Below, one piece after another: positions 58,359-64,000 of a stretch of DNA of 64,000 nucleotides. The stretch lies in assembly GCA_048938895.1 (NCBI GenBank), contig JBHLLU010000003.1:32001-96000 (forward strand), in the 5' to 3' direction. Numbering within the stretch: the stretch's first letter is position 1; each line of letters opens with the position of its first letter. Under the pieces are notes generated by a model that saw only the letters and a list, made by a program, of their open reading frames with translations, was not told where the DNA came from and ran no database searches. The stretch is from Promethearchaeota archaeon. GTDB lineage: Archaea; Asgardarchaeota; Lokiarchaeia; Sigyniarchaeales; SOKP01. A program made the position numbers and the translations under genes.

Positions 58359-59162
58359 TTGTCAATTGAAGGCAGATTCTTACTTGATCTTAGAGCTAAG
58401 GTAAACGATCTAGAAAAACAATTGTCCGAAACAAAAACTGAATTATCTCAAACACGAGATAAACTTGCACTCACTCAGAATGAACTAGCTGACACGAAAT
58501 CTACTCTTGATGACACCCGAGATACCCTTGAAAAAACTATTGGAGAAAATCAAAGGAAAGATCAAACTATTGAAGCTTCATCAGCAGAAATTGATACATT
58601 AAAAGCAGATAAGGAAAATTTAACTAAAGATTTAGAGGAAACTGTTGCCAAAGTTACTGATATTGGTCCAAAACTAAGTGCTTCAGAAGAAAACGTAGAG
58701 AACTTAACACAAGAATTAAAGGCTGCAAATCAAAAACTTCAATCAGATCAAGAATTAATCAATAAACTACAGGCTGAAAATGAAGAATTAACCTCAAAAC
58801 TTGCAACTGTCGAAGGTGAAATGACACAATTAAACTCACAGCTAACTGAATTGAATAACACTCTATTACAAAGAGATACTCAAATTCAAGAGTTAAGTGA
58901 TACAATGGCTGAAAAAGAACAAGCATTAGAGTCAACAACTGCTCATCTCACCGAAGTAGAATCTGAATTAGAAGAATTGAAACCGCCTGATATTGGAGCA
59001 GGAGGGTTTGCTGCTGATGAAAGAATTACATGTCCTATGTGCGGAGCCGTCGGACATGATATTAAAACCGTTGAAGATAAAGGAAAAGTCCTAAGCTACG
59101 TCGGACATATCCCAATGTATGCAAAAAAGCATGTTTGCAAAAAATGTGGATATGAATTCTGA
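58359..59162 (+). CDS. Long coiled-coil protein with C-terminal Zn ribbon
   Basis: About 200 aa of heptad pattern, then CPMCG..CKKCGYEF; TTG start. Confidence 0.8.
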   Translation: MSIEGRFLLDLRAKVNDLEKQLSETKTELSQTRDKLALTQNELADTKSTLDDTRDTLEKTIGENQRKDQTIEASSAEIDTLKADKENLTKDLEETVAKVTDIGPKLSASEENVENLTQELKAANQKLQSDQELINKLQAENEELTSKLATVEGEMTQLNSQLTELNNTLLQRDTQIQELSDTMAEKEQALESTTAHLTEVESELEELKPPDIGAGGFAADERITCPMCGAVGHDIKTVEDKGKVLSYVGHIPMYAKKHVCKKCGYEF

Positions 59163-59316
59163 GAAAACACCAATTTGGTAGAAAAGATTAATAAAATTTT
59201 TTATAACTCCCTTTTTATTTACTGATATTTCTCTATATTAATTTTTTTGGCAGATTAGCTTTCCATGATCTATATTTAGTAGATAAAGTTTGAAATTCAA
59301 ACTTTTATATACTTGT

Positions 59317-61131
59317 TTAATCATTAAATATTTCTATTATTAACGACTTAAGAGGGGGACTATCTTTCAATTCGAGAATTTGGCTAGTCTTATGATGTTT
59401 TTCGAGAGTTTGCCATATAGATGAATTATTTTGTAAATATTGTATAAATTTTGTTAATTTTTGTTTCGCGAGATAAGTCTGTCCCTTAAACAAATAGCAA
59501 AACGAAAAGGGGTCAATTGATTCTATAAGTAATATGTAATCCCCAAATTTAACTCGATCAAGTCCTTTAGAAAAGAATTCACTACTGAAAGAATTAAAAG
59601 CAGATAAGAAGCTGCTGAAAAGATCTTCATCAATTTTCCATTCATCTAAAAAGGGATAAGAGAAGACTAGTGTTCCCCCTTCAGCTAAAATCAATAATAA
59701 TGTAGATTTTTCCTCAAGTTCGTCTGGAATTTCAACAGAACGTTTTCCTTGGATACGTTCTAAGATTTGTTCGGTTTCTGCTAATTTAATGCGTTCAGTT
59801 ATAGGAAAAGTTTCCCAAATGTCTGAGTACTCAAGTAGTTTATCATGTTCGGTTGAAATCCCCCATGCTAATAGATCAAGTCCATGAAAGTCAGCAATAC
59901 GTTGTGCTTCAATTAACAATCTTCTTCCTTCTTCAAAATTCATTTGTATTAAGGCTAATTTTCCCTGTAATAATTTTGTTTCAGCTAACCAGTAATAATT
60001 ATGTGCCTTTTCTGCTATATCCAAACTTCTGGTAATCAATGGTTGAATTTCATCTAATATATTTGGATCATTATAGATAGATAACTCTTCCAATAATAAA
60101 TCACATAAGCTTCCTAAAGCATGTATTAATGCATCACCACTAACTTTTTCTATTAGTTCTTTGTAAATTGCCTGTGCTTCTACATGATCACGCATTCTTG
60201 TACTATTTTTCAATATATAAGCTTTAGCACCTAAATATAGAGTAGAAATATCGATTCCCTTAATTTTCGATTGATTGTATAGGTCAGAAAAACGGGAGAA
60301 ATAACGATTAGCTATATCAATAGAATTTTCATCAATATGATTTCCAATTAATAAGCTAAGGGCTAAAGCCATTGGTTGAATTAGACCCCATTTTTCAGAA
60401 AGAATCAAGCTGCGTTCAAAATATTCTATAGCTAGATTGATTTTTCCGATGACCCTATACACATATCCTAATCTAAATAAATTTCTGACTAAATGATCTG
60501 TAATATTTAGCTCTTCTGATAGAGCTAATGCCTGATGTCCATACTTTAAAGCTTGGTTGATTTCACTTTTTGTATAATACAAATTGGCTAAAATTATAAA
60601 TACATCAAGTTTAGTTCTATCTCTTATTTCCTCTATTGATAAACTTAATTTACAAAATTTAAATGCTTTACCATAATCTCCTTCTTGCTCGTATATTCGT
60701 GCGATTAGAGAATAACTATCTGCAATAGCAGCATTTATACCCAGTACTTTATTGATTTCTAAACTCTTTAAAGCATAATCTAATGCTTTCTTTCGTTTAT
60801 CTGGAGAATTGTATATATATCCTAATAGAAGATAAGTTGTTGCAAGACCCAAATTATTTTCTAATTTCTGTTCTTCAGTCAGTCTTAGGCATTCACGTGC
60901 TAGTTCTTTTGCGTTAATAATATTGCCTTTCAAGAGGAATATCCAAGCCTTTATTCTTAATAGATCTATTTTGATAAAATCTATCGAGGGATCATCTGCA
61001 TTAGTTTTTAATAATCTTTCAGCATCTTGGACATAATGAGTTGCATTGTCTAGATCCCCACTAAATGCTATATTTGCTTTTCTTATAAGAGTTCTCGCTT
61101 GCTCTAATTCTCTTGGGGAAGAATTGGTCAT
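59317..61131 (-). CDS. TPR-repeat protein with C-terminal longin-like domain
   Basis: Multiple TPRs (ALDYALKSLEI, ALKYGHQALAL, AIEYFERSLIL); C-terminal LLILAEGGTLVFSYPF..LFSSFLSAFNSFSSEFF. Likely start is ATG 61131. Confidence 0.8.
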   Translation of the reverse strand: MTNSSPRELEQARTLIRKANIAFSGDLDNATHYVQDAERLLKTNADDPSIDFIKIDLLRIKAWIFLLKGNIINAKELARECLRLTEEQKLENNLGLATTYLLLGYIYNSPDKRKKALDYALKSLEINKVLGINAAIADSYSLIARIYEQEGDYGKAFKFCKLSLSIEEIRDRTKLDVFIILANLYYTKSEINQALKYGHQALALSEELNITDHLVRNLFRLGYVYRVIGKINLAIEYFERSLILSEKWGLIQPMALALSLLIGNHIDENSIDIANRYFSRFSDLYNQSKIKGIDISTLYLGAKAYILKNSTRMRDHVEAQAIYKELIEKVSGDALIHALGSLCDLLLEELSIYNDPNILDEIQPLITRSLDIAEKAHNYYWLAETKLLQGKLALIQMNFEEGRRLLIEAQRIADFHGLDLLAWGISTEHDKLLEYSDIWETFPITERIKLAETEQILERIQGKRSVEIPDELEEKSTLLLILAEGGTLVFSYPFLDEWKIDEDLFSSFLSAFNSFSSEFFSKGLDRVKFGDYILLIESIDPFSFCYLFKGQTYLAKQKLTKFIQYLQNNSSIWQTLEKHHKTSQILELKDSPPLKSLIIEIFND

Positions 61132-61288
61132 TTTTATGGATTGCACTGTATAGATTAAAATTAAGGAAGACAAATTTCCTTAAAAGCGTTATGGAAAAAA
61201 CTTACATCGACTGTAATTGAAATGTTTTATATTTCTCTTCTCCTTGAATTCAAAATTTTAAAATATTTTACCTGTATTTATTACCATT

Positions 61289-62596
61289 ATGAATGATAGT
61301 CCCAAGAAGAAATTTATTGGATCCTTACCTCAAAAAGAACTCCTTAAGTTATATGCAAAACATGTGAATGGTCCCAAAGTACGCTTTTTCAAAAGTCTTG
61401 GTTTAGGAGTTATTCCCGGAGAAAGAGAAGGTGTTTTCCTACGTACACTGGAAGGTCCAAGACCTGGTGAACCTCCATTGGAGATGTATAACTGTCGTAC
61501 TTCGGGGGGTGTTTATAATTTAGGGCATTTAAATCCAAGAATCGTCCAGATCGTTAAAGATGCATTGGATGGAGGATTGGACATAGGAGACCATATTCTC
61601 TTATCTGAACAAAGGGCTTTATTAGGTAAAAAGCTTGCTGAATTAATGCCAGGAGATATAAGCAAAACTACTTTTGGTGTTGCTGGAGGGGAGGCTGTCG
61701 ATTGTGCGATTAAATTTTCAAGAGCATATACAAAACGTAAAGGATGCATATCAGCAATCGGTGGTTATCATGGTCATACAGGTTTTGCATTAGCAACAGG
61801 AGATCCCGTTTTCAAAGACAATTTTCTCTGGAATCTTCCCGGATTTACACAAGTTCCATTTGGTGATATTGATGCCCTGAGAAAAGTCATGAATGATGAT
61901 ACTGCTTGCTTAATTTTAGAAACTATCCCCGCTACAGGAGGAATCTTGATTGCTTCTGAAGGGTATTTTGCAGAAGTAAGAGAGATTTGCGATGAAAAGG
62001 GCGTGATGATGATTATCGATGAGGTTCAAGCGGGTCTTGGGAGAACTGGTGTGTTTTGGGCAATCTATGGTGGACTTTATCCCAATGAGAAAGTAGTGCC
62101 GGATTTTATGGTATTGGGAAAGGGTATGACATCTAGTATTTATCCCTTATCTGTATGTAGCTATAAACCGTTTATTGAGAAGGCAGTCTATAAAGATGAT
62201 CCATTTATTCATATCTCCACAACGGGTGGTTCTGATATTGGATGTGCGATCGCCTTAGAAATGCTCAATATCCAATCTGATCAGAAATTTTTAGATCATG
62301 TGAAAGATATGGGTAATATATTTCAAAAAGGATTGGAAGAAATTAAAGGAGATTTCCCCGATCTCCTTAATGAAGTTAGAGGTAGAGGACTCATGTGGGG
62401 TGTTGAATTCCACAATGAAAGGGATAGTCAATTAGCTATGCTTTCTATTATAAAAGAAGGAGTCTTACTTGACTATTGTAATAATAAAAAAGATACTGTC
62501 AAAATTTTGCCCCCTTTAATCGTCGAGAAACATGAGCTTGATGCGATTCTATCAAAGATACGCAGTGCTTTAGAAAAATTGAAAAAAATAAAGTAA
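61289..62596 (+). CDS. Class III PLP aminotransferase (putrescine/acetylornithine aminotransferase-like)
   Basis: GVYNLGH, GGEAVDCAIK, GYHGHTG, IIDEVQAGLGRTG, PDFMVLGKG, RGRGLM. Confidence 0.9.
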   Translation: MNDSPKKKFIGSLPQKELLKLYAKHVNGPKVRFFKSLGLGVIPGEREGVFLRTLEGPRPGEPPLEMYNCRTSGGVYNLGHLNPRIVQIVKDALDGGLDIGDHILLSEQRALLGKKLAELMPGDISKTTFGVAGGEAVDCAIKFSRAYTKRKGCISAIGGYHGHTGFALATGDPVFKDNFLWNLPGFTQVPFGDIDALRKVMNDDTACLILETIPATGGILIASEGYFAEVREICDEKGVMMIIDEVQAGLGRTGVFWAIYGGLYPNEKVVPDFMVLGKGMTSSIYPLSVCSYKPFIEKAVYKDDPFIHISTTGGSDIGCAIALEMLNIQSDQKFLDHVKDMGNIFQKGLEEIKGDFPDLLNEVRGRGLMWGVEFHNERDSQLAMLSIIKEGVLLDYCNNKKDTVKILPPLIVEKHELDAILSKIRSALEKLKKIK

Positions 62597-62604
62597 TGAT
62601 GAAA

Positions 62605-64000
62605 TTAAATCTTTAATTTTTTATCTTCATGGATTTTAGCCAGAGCTTCTCTAACTTGTTTTAACTTTTCCCCTTGTAAAGGATACTTATATATAGCTAG
62701 TATCGCGATTATTAGTGCGATAGCAGGATAAACAAAAATTAATATTCGAAGCGTCATTTGAATTTCCGAGGATGCAGGAAGTGTAAATACTTCCCAATCT
62801 GCTATTATAAACATCGGACCTATACTTACAAATACGACTATAATTGCTAAACGCAAGAAAAAAGAATTTACCCCGTAATATCCTGCTTCCCTCCGAATTC
62901 CCGTATTAACCTCATCTTCATCAATTATATCACTTACAATTAAATCTATAATGTAGAAAGAGCCTGAAAGTCCAAGACCTATAAAGAAGAAAACAAGTAT
63001 TGCAAGTATTTCCATATTTGGACCGAGAAACATCAATGGAAATAATGTTACGATCCAGGAAGTCATGGAGATCATCCATGCTTTTCTATTTCCAATCTTT
63101 CTAACTATAGGTTTCCATACAAAAGTTATGAATATTACCGATGAAATAAAAGCAGCTCCCATGAGCAATGAAATCATAAATCCATCTTCTATTGCTAATA
63201 CTGCTTTCGCATAGAGAGGTATGAGTGTTGGTAATATGCCATACACAAACCAATTCGCAATTTCTGCAGGAATATACCACATGAATGATTTACTTTTAAT
63301 ACACATTCTAATTGAGTTTGAAAAGCTTGGTGCTATTTTATAGTCTTCCTTGAAATGTTTTTTCTCTCTAGGTGTAAATATAGCGAAAATTAGACCAACT
63401 AAAATGACAATTATCATAGCAACCATTCCAAATAATTGATATTCTCCCAATGCTGTAGAAACAGCATGTGGATCTGAAGCATCTGGAGTAAAGTCCTCAA
63501 TAAACAAACCTGGTAAAACAAATGCAACAATTAAACCAAAAATGAGAAAAGCTTGTCGCACATTGTTAGCTTTTGTCCTTTCATTTTCAGAGATGAAAGT
63601 TTCTGGGAATAGTGATGTTGCATTAAGACTATACATAGTATAAAAGAACTCGAAAATAATGATAATAATCATAAAATAAATAAAATTACCAATCTGATTA
63701 TCTACTCCAATTGGAAATATTGGTGTAAACAAAAGAAATATTATTACTCCAAGAGGTACTATAGCAATCATAATATATGGTAAACGACGTCCAAATCTTG
63801 TATGTGTTCTGTCTGATAAAGAACCAAGCATAGGATCGTTGAGACTATTCCACACGGCCCATATTATAAACCCCATTGTAATTAATCCAATATTAAGTTG
63901 AACTACAGTAAAATAAAATGTAAACACCAGAAACGTAAAAGTTTGATAGGCAGCTTGGTCAGCTATTTGTCCTGTAGAATATTTTGCGGCCTTTATAAAA
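62605..64000 (-). CDS. MFS transporter, GPH/MelB family (5' end outside the window)
   Basis: WNSLNDPMLGSLSDRTHTRFGRRLPY, DIIDEDEVNTGIRREAGYYG; the frame stays open to the window edge. Confidence 0.88.
   Translation of the reverse strand, partial: FIKAAKYSTGQIADQAAYQTFTFLVFTFYFTVVQLNIGLITMGFIIWAVWNSLNDPMLGSLSDRTHTRFGRRLPYIMIAIVPLGVIIFLLFTPIFPIGVDNQIGNFIYFMIIIIIFEFFYTMYSLNATSLFPETFISENERTKANNVRQAFLIFGLIVAFVLPGLFIEDFTPDASDPHAVSTALGEYQLFGMVAMIIVILVGLIFAIFTPREKKHFKEDYKIAPSFSNSIRMCIKSKSFMWYIPAEIANWFVYGILPTLIPLYAKAVLAIEDGFMISLLMGAAFISSVIFITFVWKPIVRKIGNRKAWMISMTSWIVTLFPLMFLGPNMEILAILVFFFIGLGLSGSFYIIDLIVSDIIDEDEVNTGIRREAGYYGVNSFFLRLAIIVVFVSIGPMFIIADWEVFTLPASSEIQMTLRILIFVYPAIALIIAILAIYKYPLQGEKLKQVREALAKIHEDKKLKI

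Noticed and set aside
3865-59162. General UGA reassignment (alternative genetic code)
   Set aside because: Several genes end at TGA at their expected C-termini (e.g. 3865, 9540, 9570, 56517, 59162), so UGA recoding is local to hdrA-mvhD.
555-61749. Numerous 60-135 aa track ORFs antisense to or overlapping longer genes
   Set aside because: Shadow ORFs of well-supported genes with no motifs of their own.
1-64000. Mobile elements, prophage, CRISPR or defence islands
   Set aside because: No transposase, integrase, capsid, cas gene or spaced direct repeat was recognised, and no att-like duplication of the tRNA 3' end was seen.

Overview
AT-rich archaeal DNA that I infer to be Asgard, most likely Lokiarchaeia. 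The evidence is longin/roadblock proteins, Rag/Arf-like GTPases, a gelsolin-domain protein, HEAT-LRR paralogs, a Bud23-like methyltransferase, eS25 and UGA-recoded selenoproteins. The window holds about 50 CDS and one tRNA-Ser(CGA); I saw no CRISPR array, rRNA or mobile element. Main points: (1) A duplicated two-gene cassette at 39.7-51.7 kb. Each copy is a very large single-pass surface protein with a conserved cytoplasmic tail, translationally coupled to a ~370 aa longin + winged-helix protein (NPRL2/uDENN-like architecture). The two ectodomains carry different lectin-like modules. A longin-GTPase gene sits between the copies and a Rag-like GTPase-roadblock gene lies 1.6 kb away. This is a candidate receptor-to-GTPase signalling system. 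(2) A selenoprotein operon that the ORF track breaks or misses: hdrA with three in-frame TGA and mvhD with two, followed by one eukaryote-like SECIS hairpin. (3) An FrhB-PyrK/NfnA fusion at the end of a 2-oxoacid:ferredoxin oxidoreductase operon. (4) A non-pyrrolysine MttB + corrinoid + homocysteine methyltransferase cluster. (5) Two genes that seem to need ATT starts. All family calls come from motif recognition by eye; no searches were run.
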